From: an uncultured Flavobacteriales bacterium
GTDB lineage: Bacteria; Bacteroidota; Bacteroidia; AKYH767-A; 2013-40CM-41-45
Assembly (NCBI GenBank): GCA_964355035.1
Contig: CAYHCU010000001.1
Location: forward strand, 1-53,638
Reading direction: 5' to 3'
DNA: 53,638 nt
In this document: positions 1 to 8,700 of the stretch, piece by piece
Layout: every line of letters begins with the position of its first letter
Position numbering within the stretch: position 1 is the stretch's first letter
The notes under the pieces: model-generated
Databases searched by the model: none
What the model saw: only the letters and a program-made list of their open reading frames with translations
What the model was told of the DNA's origin: nothing
Program-made: the position numbers and the translations under genes

Positions 1-371
1 ATATGATCGAGCAATTCATCGATATAGATCTTGATTTTCTGTTGAGCGCCGGCATAGTCTTTTCCTGCCAGATCATTTCTTACTTTCCCTAGCGTGTCAC
101 GAAAGTGAACATGGTGTTCCAATAATTCAGCGACGATAGAAGTTACTGTTGGTTCATTGGTTTTAAGCAAAGCCGGAAATAGGACTTCCTCCTCTTTATA
201 GTGATGGTATTTATCGGCGTAAAAACGAAAAAAATCAAGTAATTTAATCAAATTTCGCTCATATTCCTCCGGATCCACTTCCCAGGTTTTATCGAGCGAC
301 AGGGTAATTTGAGTGGCTTCAATAACAATAGCATGTTCGCTATACATTATCGTTGAAAGTTGAGAGATCAT
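1..371 (-). CDS. Hemerythrin-like (HHE cation-binding) domain protein, 3-prime end cut by window edge
   Basis: Absent from the ORF track because it runs off the window. Manual translation from ATG at 371-369 gives MISQLSTIMYSEHAIVIEATQITLSLDKTWEV...FFRFYADKYHHYKEEEVLFPALL...AELLEHHVHFRD... The H..EE..LFP and HH.H spacing is typical of hemerythrin HHE domains. Confidence 0.55.
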   Translation of the reverse strand, partial: MISQLSTIMYSEHAIVIEATQITLSLDKTWEVDPEEYERNLIKLLDFFRFYADKYHHYKEEEVLFPALLKTNEPTVTSIVAELLEHHVHFRDTLGKVRNDLAGKDYAGAQQKIKIYIDELLDH

Positions 372-495
372 TGGTTTTTTGTGTAGACTATCAAATGTAA
401 ATTTTGAAAAGCACCTAAACTATGACGATAATCATGCGGGGTTTATGAGATTTAGTGTGTGGGAACGGTTTGAAAAGCATATGAAAGGTTAAGGA

Positions 496-563
496 GTTCA
501 AGGTTCAAAGTTCAGTTCAAAGTTCAAAGTTCAAAGTTCAAAGTTCAAAGTTCAAAGTTTCAG
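496..563. repeat. Heptanucleotide tandem repeat (GTTCAAA), six perfect units at 515-556 plus degenerate flanks
   Basis: Direct reading: gttcaaa x6 in perfect register, flanked by gttcaag, gttcaaagttca and gtttcag variants. Intergenic. Confidence 0.95.
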
Positions 564-770
564 CATCTTGGTTATTGCGGAAGTAAAGTTGGCGGGAATG
601 GGGATTAAGAGGTTAAAAGGAACCGGAAACAAAACGACACACCCCAATAATATCTTGAGCAAATAGCAATTCCACTTTCTTGGCTACACTATTTCAAAAA
701 AGCCAGTTATTTTGCATGACCTCTTGGAATATTAGGGCTGTCTGGATTTACAGAAAGTTTAAGTAGTTTT

Positions 771-997
771 GGAAGCAAAATAAAAAAATTATCCGGTACA
801 ACCGAATACTGACTTATTTTTCTCTACGAAAAATCTGCGGAATCTGCGAGAAATAAATGCAGTTATTTTTTCTCCCGCGGATACGCAGATTAAAACGCAG
901 ATTCAATGTGCACTAAAGTCCATTTACTTTGCTGAAAAATTTCTCCGGAAAAAAAAATTGAAACGCCCTCGCATTAAATCACTCCCCAACTTTTAAT
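771..997. repeat. Dispersed intergenic element, copy A (ATCTGCG-type imperfect hairpin plus conserved tail)
   Basis: Aligns by eye with 48404-48666 and partly with 10424-10510. Shared blocks: ggaagca..aaccgaata..gacttatttt..aaaatctgcg..cgcagatt..caatgtg(c)actaaagtccattt..ctgaaaa..ccgg..aaaaaaaattgaaa.gc.ctc.cattaaat..ccccaact.ttaat. Confidence 0.8.
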
Positions 998-1043
998 CCT
1001 GATCCATTTATTTTCGCGAAAAAAGAACTAAATTTGTGTTACC

Positions 1044-1205
1044 ATGACTATTAAAGAATTAAATAAATCAAAGACACCAATTGTCAGGATCAATAAGAAA
1101 TTAGACAAACTTGCGAAGAAGGTACTTTTCCCTGAAAAATTAGAAGAGGCCAATCGTGTTCTTAAAACTGTTGGGTTGCCAAAGATCAAGAAACGGAAAC
1201 GCTAA
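1044..1205 (+). CDS. Small basic hypothetical protein (53 aa)
   Basis: ORF below the track cutoff, read manually: MTIKELNKSKTPIVRINKKLDKLAKKVLFPEKLEEANRVLKTVGLPKIKKRKR. ATG at 1044, TAA at 1203-1205. No family recognised. Confidence 0.3.
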   Translation: MTIKELNKSKTPIVRINKKLDKLAKKVLFPEKLEEANRVLKTVGLPKIKKRKR

Positions 1206-1371
1206 CTTTTATCCTTATCGAAGCGGAGTAGTTATGTTGATTCTGTTGAAGTACCATAGAGAATATCCACTTCCTCTACAGTTATCAGAAAACGCCTGTT
1301 GAAATGTTCCCTCTCAGCGGATAAAAGATGCTGTGCTAATCCCCGTTTTATGGCTTTCTTGTGCATAAACT

Positions 1372-2805
1372 ATGATCCTCAGTCGCTTTTGGTCTTTCAT
1401 TATTGTGGGCAGCATTATTTACTTGCTTATTATGCTCACTTCCGGACGTTTGTACACCGTTAGCCAAGTGGTGAACGGCAAGCAGAATGATCCCTTGCTC
1501 GTGACTGAAATGCCTGTGAAATATTTTCAAACTGCTGATACAGCCTTTTTTTCTGCACTCGTTCAAGCTGGACCGTCAGGATTTCAACGGGGCGATTCTC
1601 TTTACCAACTGAATGAAGGCGGAATTGTCCAAATCTCTGTTGGCAAACAAGCAGCCGATGGTATTTTTATTACCTGCAAAAATACGCTGATCGATCTCTG
1701 GCTCCCGTTAATAGGCTACCTCACTTTCTTTTGCGGACTGCTTAATTTGCTAAGCGCTTCCAATGCACTTAACAAATTGGCGAAATTAATGACGCCACTA
1801 TTCGTAAAAATATTTCCTGAACTACCCGTCGGTCATCCTGCATACGGATTTATGACAATGAATTTTGCAGCTAATTTTCTTGGTCTCGACAATGCTGCCA
1901 CGCCTTTTGGACTGAAAGCCATGGAAAGTATGCAGGAGGTGAATGAAAACAAATCACGCGCTTCAAACAGTCAGATCATGTTTCTTTGTTTGCATGCTGC
2001 CGGACTTACACTCATACCAACTTCTATCATCGGTTACCGTGCAGCGCAGCATGCTGCTAATCCGGCTGATATTATGTTGCCATGCATTATCACTTCTTTT
2101 GTCGGAACAATTGCAGCTATGGTTTTTGTGAGTATTAAGCAACGGATCAATCTGCTCAATGGTGCTGTCCTTCTTTTTGTAACAGGCATCAGTGCTGTAA
2201 TCGGTTTGTTGATGTATTATATCATGCAACTTGGCGGAATAGAAAAAATACATTTTACCGGCAATCTTAGCAATGCTGTTTTGTTGTTCATTATTCTTGC
2301 TATTGTTTTATATAGTTTGTTGAATGAAAAGATATTCAAACTTAACCAGACAAATATTTTCGATTCATTCGTACATGGCGCAAAAGACGGTTTCACAACA
2401 GGAGTGCGCGTTTTGCCGTATATGATAGCGATGCTTGTTGCCTTGAGTATTTTCCGCAATTCAGGTTTGATGGAAATTGTGATGAAAGGTGTTCGTGCGG
2501 TGATGAGTATTTTCAATGTTGATCCGCAGGTAACAAATGCTATTCCCGTAGCATTGATGCGTCCTTTCAGCGCCGGTGGCTCACGCGGATTTATGCTTGA
2601 TGCCATGAAAACTTACGGCCCTGATAGCTTAACCGGTCAACTGTCTTGTTTGTTTCAGGGAGCCGCCGAAACTACTTTTTATGTTATTGCACTTTACTTT
2701 GGTTCCGTTAATGTAAAGGAAACAAGATACACCTTAGGAGTCATGCTGCTCGTTGATCTCGTTTGTGTGATTGTCGGAGCTGTGGTCTGCAAAATGTATT
2801 TTTAG
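1372..2805 (+). CDS. Nucleoside-recognition (Gate) domain membrane protein, fused SpmA/SpmB-like
   Basis: 477-aa ORF with many hydrophobic segments and two Gate-type halves (FLGLDNAATPFGLKAM, MRPFSAGGSRG). ATG at 1372. Confidence 0.75.
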   Translation: MILSRFWSFIIVGSIIYLLIMLTSGRLYTVSQVVNGKQNDPLLVTEMPVKYFQTADTAFFSALVQAGPSGFQRGDSLYQLNEGGIVQISVGKQAADGIFITCKNTLIDLWLPLIGYLTFFCGLLNLLSASNALNKLAKLMTPLFVKIFPELPVGHPAYGFMTMNFAANFLGLDNAATPFGLKAMESMQEVNENKSRASNSQIMFLCLHAAGLTLIPTSIIGYRAAQHAANPADIMLPCIITSFVGTIAAMVFVSIKQRINLLNGAVLLFVTGISAVIGLLMYYIMQLGGIEKIHFTGNLSNAVLLFIILAIVLYSLLNEKIFKLNQTNIFDSFVHGAKDGFTTGVRVLPYMIAMLVALSIFRNSGLMEIVMKGVRAVMSIFNVDPQVTNAIPVALMRPFSAGGSRGFMLDAMKTYGPDSLTGQLSCLFQGAAETTFYVIALYFGSVNVKETRYTLGVMLLVDLVCVIVGAVVCKMYF

Positions 2806-2885
2806 TTGACTTCCTTTCCTCTTCATCAAATCAATCAACAATAGCCTTACATTCGCATTGAAATTAGTGTTAATTATAAAATTCG

Positions 2886-3257
2886 ATGTCGAAAAAAAAT
2901 ATTCTCCTTTTCGCAGTTAGTCTGCTTCTTTTTTCTAATTCGTGCAGACATGATACCGACCTCACATTATTGAAAGAAGTTTCATATAGTTTGGAGATCC
3001 AACCAATCATTGCAGGCAATTGTACTCAAAGCGGCTGTCACAATAGCCAAGGTGGGGAAGTGTTTTCATTGGTAACTTATACTGATGTAATGGATGGCGG
3101 TGTAAAAGCAGGAGATGCTCACGGAAGCAAATTTTACAATGTCATCAGCAATCACACCCTTGAGAATATTATGCCTCCTCCTCCTCTGCCATCACTATCA
3201 AATGATCAAATCAAATTAATTTACATCTGGATTGAACAAGGCGCTAAAAACAACTAA
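2886..3257 (+). CDS. Lipoprotein with cytochrome-c-like (PSCyt1-like) domain, non-canonical C-x4-CH motif
   Basis: 123 aa. Lipobox LLFSNSC, then CTQSGCH followed by ...IMPPPPLPSLSNDQIKLIYIWIEQGAKN, which follows the pattern of the Planctomycete cytochrome c domain (C..CH ... MPP ... WI.QGA). Confidence 0.5.
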   Translation: MSKKNILLFAVSLLLFSNSCRHDTDLTLLKEVSYSLEIQPIIAGNCTQSGCHNSQGGEVFSLVTYTDVMDGGVKAGDAHGSKFYNVISNHTLENIMPPPPLPSLSNDQIKLIYIWIEQGAKNN

Positions 3258-3260
3258 GAC

Positions 3261-3653
3261 ATGAAACAAATACTTGCCATCTTCTTTGTAATTGCGTTGT
3301 TCAACGGATGCTATTACGATAATGTTGATGAATTGCACCCGGGTGCGCTTCCTTGCGATACGACAAGCGCTGTATCATTTGCTAACGACATTCTTCCAAT
3401 CATGCTTCATAGTTGCGGAAGTGGAAATATGGCTTGCCATAATACTACTGCTGCTGCAGGTCACTATGGATTGGGAACATATTCTGGTGTGATCAATTGC
3501 ATTGATGTCAGCACTACTTTTTTGCAAACAATTACTCATGATCCTGCTATTGCGTCATCGAAATGGATGCCTTTTAATTCACCTGCAAAAATTGATGCTT
3601 GTAGTATTTGGAAAATAGAACGTTGGATCACCGATGGGAAACTCGATAATTAA
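3261..3653 (+). CDS. Lipoprotein, second PSCyt1-like domain protein with C-x6-CH motif
   Basis: 130 aa. Lipobox ALFNGC, then CGSGNMACH ... KWMPFNSPAKIDACSIWKIERWITDGK. Same layout as the upstream ORF and starts 3 nt after its stop. Confidence 0.45.
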   Translation: MKQILAIFFVIALFNGCYYDNVDELHPGALPCDTTSAVSFANDILPIMLHSCGSGNMACHNTTAAAGHYGLGTYSGVINCIDVSTTFLQTITHDPAIASSKWMPFNSPAKIDACSIWKIERWITDGKLDN

Positions 3654-4535
3654 ATGAAACAAATGTATCTGAAAAAAATATTTCCTATTTGCATTCTTGC
3701 GCTAACTTTCTTATCAACTAAAGCGCAAGACTGGCCGAATTCCGCTGATTCTCTTTCAGCCAATTTAACTTTTGAATCAACTCGATTGGTCGATCAACAT
3801 ACTGTTGAAATTCTTGCTCCTCGAACCCTTGATTTTCTAATTTCACATCGATTCGGACCAATCAATTCTATGGCTTATAATGCTTGGGGAATTGATGGAC
3901 CGGCCAATATTCGTTTTGCTCTTGAGTATAGTCCTACAAGCAGACTGATGTTTGGAATCGGACGATGTTCGAACGAAAAAATGGTGGATGGATTTTTGAA
4001 ATTTCGTTTACTTCGCCAAAGTAAAGATACAGGAATGCCACTTAGCTTAACTCTCTTCGCCGGTTCTTATTATACTACAATGAAAGATGGCAACAAAGAA
4101 GCAAACGGTTTTGATAAATATCAATATGCTTCCAGCCGACTTTCTTATTGCTTTGAAGTAATGATTGCTCGTAAATTTTCTTCAGCTTTTTCTTTGCAGA
4201 TTGCTCCATGGTTTGTTCATTATAATCTTGTTGATCACATCACTGATCAGAATGATGCTTTTGGTGTTGCCGGATTGTTACGAATGAAATTCACGAAGCG
4301 TTCTGCAATTACTTTTGAATATGCTTATCGCATCAACAACTATTCTTTAGATGTAAAATATTACGACAGCATGTCAATAGGCTATGAAGTTGAAACCGGA
4401 GGTCACGTTTTTCAAGTGCATTTTACCAATAGTTTTGGACTCAACGAAAGTCAGTTTTTTGCTCATACCGATTCGCAATGGAATAATATGGGTATTCGAT
4501 TAGGGTTTAATATATCGAGGAAGTTTTCACTTTAA
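3654..4535 (+). CDS. Outer-membrane beta-barrel protein (DUF5777-like, assigned from memory)
   Basis: 293 aa. Signal peptide ending TKAQ and an amphipathic beta-strand pattern throughout. The ATG directly abuts the preceding TAA (taaATG), implying co-translation with the two lipoprotein genes. Confidence 0.55.
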   Translation: MKQMYLKKIFPICILALTFLSTKAQDWPNSADSLSANLTFESTRLVDQHTVEILAPRTLDFLISHRFGPINSMAYNAWGIDGPANIRFALEYSPTSRLMFGIGRCSNEKMVDGFLKFRLLRQSKDTGMPLSLTLFAGSYYTTMKDGNKEANGFDKYQYASSRLSYCFEVMIARKFSSAFSLQIAPWFVHYNLVDHITDQNDAFGVAGLLRMKFTKRSAITFEYAYRINNYSLDVKYYDSMSIGYEVETGGHVFQVHFTNSFGLNESQFFAHTDSQWNNMGIRLGFNISRKFSL

Positions 4536-4580
4536 ACAGTCCTTTTGCTATTATAATATACTAATAAAGTATATTTTGAA

Positions 4581-4619
4581 CAATATAGTTGCCTTTTTGG
4601 CAACTATATTGTATCTTTG
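4581..4619 (+). promoter_or_regulatory. Perfect 13-bp inverted repeat (candidate HigA operator) abutting a TAnnTTTG -7 box
   Basis: caatatagttgcc (4581-4593), ttttt, ggcaactatattg (4599-4611), followed immediately by TATCTTTG (4612-4619). This is the Bacteroidota -7 consensus, 13-19 nt upstream of the ATGs at 4632 and 4638. Confidence 0.55.
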
Positions 4620-4631
4620 GTAAATTATTTG

Positions 4632-4940
4632 ATGCATATGAATATCTACAACAAAGGGTCGTTGATAAAATTCTGGAAGAAACATGCTGATTCCAAAAAT
4701 CAACTTGAACTTTGGTATAATGACGTTCAATCAAAAAATTGGCAAAAACCAAGTGATGTAATTCTCGATCTAGCTTTCGCTGACATTCTAGTAAACAACA
4801 GAGTGGTCTTTAATATAAAAGGAAATAAATATAGAATTGTAGCGAGCATCAATTATCAAAAGGGCTGGTTGTTCATTAAATTCATTGGTACTCATGCTGA
4901 ATACAATAAAATTGATGCATTAACAATTGAAGTCTACTAA
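4632..4940 (+). CDS. higB: Type II toxin HigB family (RelE-fold mRNA interferase)
   Basis: M(HM)NIYNKGSLIKFWKKHADSKNQLELWYNDVQSKNWQKPSDV...FNIKGNKYRIVASINYQKGWLFIKFIGTHAEYNKID matches the HigB_toxin pattern. The track start at 4617 is a TTG lying inside the promoter box, so ATG 4632 or 4638 is preferred. Confidence 0.85.
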   Translation: MHMNIYNKGSLIKFWKKHADSKNQLELWYNDVQSKNWQKPSDVILDLAFADILVNNRVVFNIKGNKYRIVASINYQKGWLFIKFIGTHAEYNKIDALTIEVY

Positions 4941-4970
4941 ATCGAATACTATTCTCAAAAATACACTTCT

Positions 4971-5327
4971 ATGGAATTAAAAATAATCAAAACTGAAAAA
5001 GACTATCATAAATCATTGGCTTTGTTTGAGAAATATTTTCATTCAAAAAAAGGAACTCGAGAAAGTGAAATTGCTGATGTCTTAGCCTTACTGATTGAAT
5101 TATATGAAAGTGAGAATTTCAAAATTAACACTCCTGATCCTATCGAAGCTATTAAATTCCGGATGGAACAACAAAATCTAAAGCAAAAAGATCTCGCCAA
5201 ATGTTTAGGTGGGAAAGACAAAGTTTCCAAAATTTTAAACAGAAAAAGAAAGTTGACCCTTGAAATGATCAGAAACCTGAATGAATTCCTGAATATTCCT
5301 TTGAGTTTACTTGTCAAAGATTATTGA
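4971..5327 (+). CDS. higA: HigA family antitoxin, HTH (XRE-like) DNA-binding protein
   Basis: 118 aa. MELKIIKTEKDYHKSLALFEKYF...PDPIEAIKFRMEQQNLKQKDLAKCLG...VSKILNRKRKLTLEMIRNLNEFLNIP. Typical HigA partner, 30 nt downstream of higB. Confidence 0.85.
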   Translation: MELKIIKTEKDYHKSLALFEKYFHSKKGTRESEIADVLALLIELYESENFKINTPDPIEAIKFRMEQQNLKQKDLAKCLGGKDKVSKILNRKRKLTLEMIRNLNEFLNIPLSLLVKDY

Positions 5328-5337
5328 AAAAACAACT

Positions 5338-5730
5338 CTAATGCACCTTTATCTTCAACTCATCAAAAATAAATCCTTTTAGTCCGACGAGTAAACGGTA
5401 GCAAGAGTTGATTTTTTCTTCTCCCAAGCAATATGACATTGAATGATCGTCTGTATGTTCACAACGACAATTAAGAGCAGAGAAATCAAAACTATTGAAT
5501 TTTTCGTTTTGCTGAATAGACAATTTTACCAATTCATCAATACTGTTTGCGTGATTGGTCTCTACATCTTTACTTTCTAAATAAAGTTTCAGTATATTCT
5601 GAATACCACTTTTAGTAGCCAAACAAACTGAAAACTCCACTACATCCTCCTGTGGCTTCGAAAGTTCATTCGTTATCATATTATATGTTCCAAGCACACT
5701 GTCGAGCAATTGTTGATTAACTTGTTTCAT
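5338..5730 (-). CDS. Hypothetical protein, HEPN-like helical pattern
   Basis: 130 aa, ATG 12 nt downstream of the nifJ stop. The segment CLATKSGIQNILKLYLESKDVETNHANSIDELVKL resembles the HEPN core (A..A.EK.LKA.L......K.H.L..L). RCEHTDDH gives a possible R-x6-H. Confidence 0.3.
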   Translation of the reverse strand: MKQVNQQLLDSVLGTYNMITNELSKPQEDVVEFSVCLATKSGIQNILKLYLESKDVETNHANSIDELVKLSIQQNEKFNSFDFSALNCRCEHTDDHSMSYCLGEEKINSCYRLLVGLKGFIFDELKIKVH

Positions 5731-5742
5731 AATTTTTTATTT

Positions 5743-8700
5743 TTAGATCGAGGTTAATACTTTTAGTGAATCCCATTTTTCCTGCACATATGCTTCTGCT
5801 CTATGCAATAATTCTTCTGCCATCTCCGGATTCTGGCGCTGTAAAACACTATACCGTCCTTCTTTATACATGTAATCTTTTAAAGCAAGTGTTGGTTCCT
5901 TCGAGTCAAGTATGAATCTTTTACCATGTGGATTCAACGGATTGTAACGGTAAAGAGGCCAGTAGCCCGATTTAACAGCGTTAGATTGTTGCTCAGCACC
6001 ATGTCCTAAATCAAAACCATGCGCAATACAATGACTGTATGCAATGATCAATGATGTGCCCGGATAAGCTTCTGCTTCTTTGATTGCTCGCAATGTCTGC
6101 GTGTCATTTGCACCGAGAGCAATTTGAGCTACGTATACATTTCCATTGGTAATTGCAATCTGTCCAAGATTTTTCTTCATCGATTTTTTTCCGCCTGAAG
6201 AATATTTTGCAATTGCTCCAATCGGTGTTGACTTAGAGGTTTGTCCGCCGGTATTAGAATATACTTCTGTATCTAATACTAGAATGTTCAGTTTTTCTCC
6301 TGTAGAAAGAACATGATCCAATCCACCATAACCAATATCATACGCCCAACCATCGCCACCGATAATCCAAACAGATTTTTTAATCAGGTTTTCTGATAGA
6401 ATCGAGAGGCGTTTTGCTTCGTCTGATTTAATATCAGTTAATTTCTTGTTCAATTCACTCACATATTCGTGTTGAAGTTTGATTCCATTCTCATTGGATT
6501 CATCGTTGGCAAGAATATTATTCACCAACGTATCTCCTACTTCACCACTCATTTTTTTCAATAGCATCAATGCTGAATCTCTTCTGTGATCAAAAGCTAG
6601 TTTTATTCCTAGTCCAAATTCTGCATTATCTTCGAACAATGAATTCGCCCAAGCCGGACCGTAACCTTCTTTGTTGGTTGTCCAAGGTGTTGTTGGAAGA
6701 TTCGCTCCATAAATAGAAGAGCAACCTGTTGCATTGGCAACAACCATTCTATCACCAAATAATTGCGTAAGTATTTTCAAATACGGAGTTTCACCGCAAC
6801 CGGAACATGCACTTGAAAACTCGAATAATGGCTGAAGAAATTGTGTACTCTTAACACTTGTCATGTTTACTCTTTCACGATCCATCTCAGGGAGATTGAA
6901 GAAGAAATCCCAATTTTTCTTTTCATGTTCAACAAGTGACAAACGATCGTGCATATTAATCGCTTTAACGCCAGGATGTTCTTTACTTTCAATCGGACAT
7001 ACTTCAATACATAAATTACAACCGGTACAATCTTCTACTGCAACTTGCAATGTATAAACTTCTTTTTCTTTATTGAATTCTTTACCAACAGGAGCAACAT
7101 GCTTGAAGCCTTCCGGCGATTTGCTCAATAAATCTTTGTCGTAAATTTTTGCACGAATAGCAGCATGCGGACAAATAATTACACACTTGTTACATTGTGT
7201 ACACATCTCTTCATCCCAAACAGGAACGATTGATGCAATATTTCTTTTCTCCCACTTTGTTGTAGCAGTTGGGTAAGTTCCATCAACCGGAAATGCACTT
7301 ACAGGAAGTTCATCTCCTTCTCCTGAAAGAATTCTTTGTAGTACATTCTTTGCAAAGTCAGGAGCATTTGAATTGAATGAAAACTGTTCTTCTTCTTTGG
7401 CCAAAATAGTCAGAGGATAATCTACTTTTTTAAGATTCTCCAATGCTTTATCAATTGCAGCATAATTTTTATTGATAACCGATTCCCCTTTTGAAGCATA
7501 TGTTTTTGCAAGTGCGCTTTTAATTTTCGTCACCGCCTCTTCTTTTCCGATAATATCTGACATGGCAAAGAAGCAGGTTTGAAGAATGGTATTAATTCTT
7601 GAACCAAGTCCGGCTTCCCTGGCAACACGTGTAGCATCAACCACAAAGAAGTTGATTTTTTTTGCAATGATCTGCTCCTGCATTTTAACAGGCAATTCAT
7701 TCCAGACTTCCTTTTCATCAAAAGGAGCATTCAATAAAAAAGAACATCCTACAGCAGCATTTTTCAACATGTCAAGCTGATTCACAAAATTAAACTGATG
7801 ACAAGCAATAAAATTAGCAGCGTTAACAAGGTATGTTGAGTGAATAGGTTTATGACCAAAACGAAGGTGCGAAACAGTTGACGATCCTGATTTTTTTGAA
7901 TCATAAACAAAATAACCTTGTACAAAAAAATCGGTTGACTCACCAATGATCTTAATTGAATTTTTATTTGCGCTGACAGTTCCATCAGCTCCTAAGCCGA
8001 AAAACAAACCTTGAAATTCGTGAAGGTTTCCCGGCGAAAACAATTTGTCGTATTTAAGGCTGTTAAATGTGACGTCATCATTAATACCAACAGTAAAATG
8101 ATTTTTAGGTGTAGTTGCACCCATTTCATCAAAAACCGCTTTTGCCATTGGCGGAGTAAATTCTTTCGAAGATAAACCATAACGACCACCGGTGATTTTA
8201 GGCATTTTTGAAAAATGTGGTTTATCACTCGCAAGATTCTCAGCAATTGCGGTAATCACATCCTGATATAATGGTTCTCCAATTGCTCCCGGTTCCTTTG
8301 TACGATCCAGTACTGTAATATATTTTACTGTCGACGGAATTGCTTCAATGAAATCAGAAATTGAAAACGGACGGAATAGATGTACAATTAGATAACCTAA
8401 TTTTTCACCTTTACTGTTCAGAAACTGTGTAGTTTCTTCAACAGCACCGGCCCCTGAACCCATGATGATAATAATTTTTTCTGCTTGCGGATGACCTGCA
8501 TATTGAAACAAAGAATAATTTCTGCCGGTTAGTTCAGAAAACTTCTTCATCATTTCTTTTACAATTCCCGGCGTATTTGAATAGAATGTATTGCAAGCTT
8601 CACGATTTTGAAAATACACATCCGGATTTTGTGCTGTTCCTTTCAAAGAAGGATGAGCCGGAGACAAACTGCGACTTCGATGCGCAGCAACATCATCTTC

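Noticed and set aside
4617-4631. N-terminal extensions from non-ATG track starts (4617 TTG, 24919 GTG, 32489 TTG, 36331 GTG, 42158 TTG), and upstream in-frame starts at 14935, 33090, 35299, 39339, 42039 and 42935
   Set aside because: In each case a downstream ATG begins a canonical signal peptide or conserved N-terminus. For 4617 and 14935 the extension also overlaps a promoter box or a terminator.
6863-8246. Short ORFs on both strands inside nifJ
   Set aside because: They are fully contained in a full-length, motif-complete PFOR gene.
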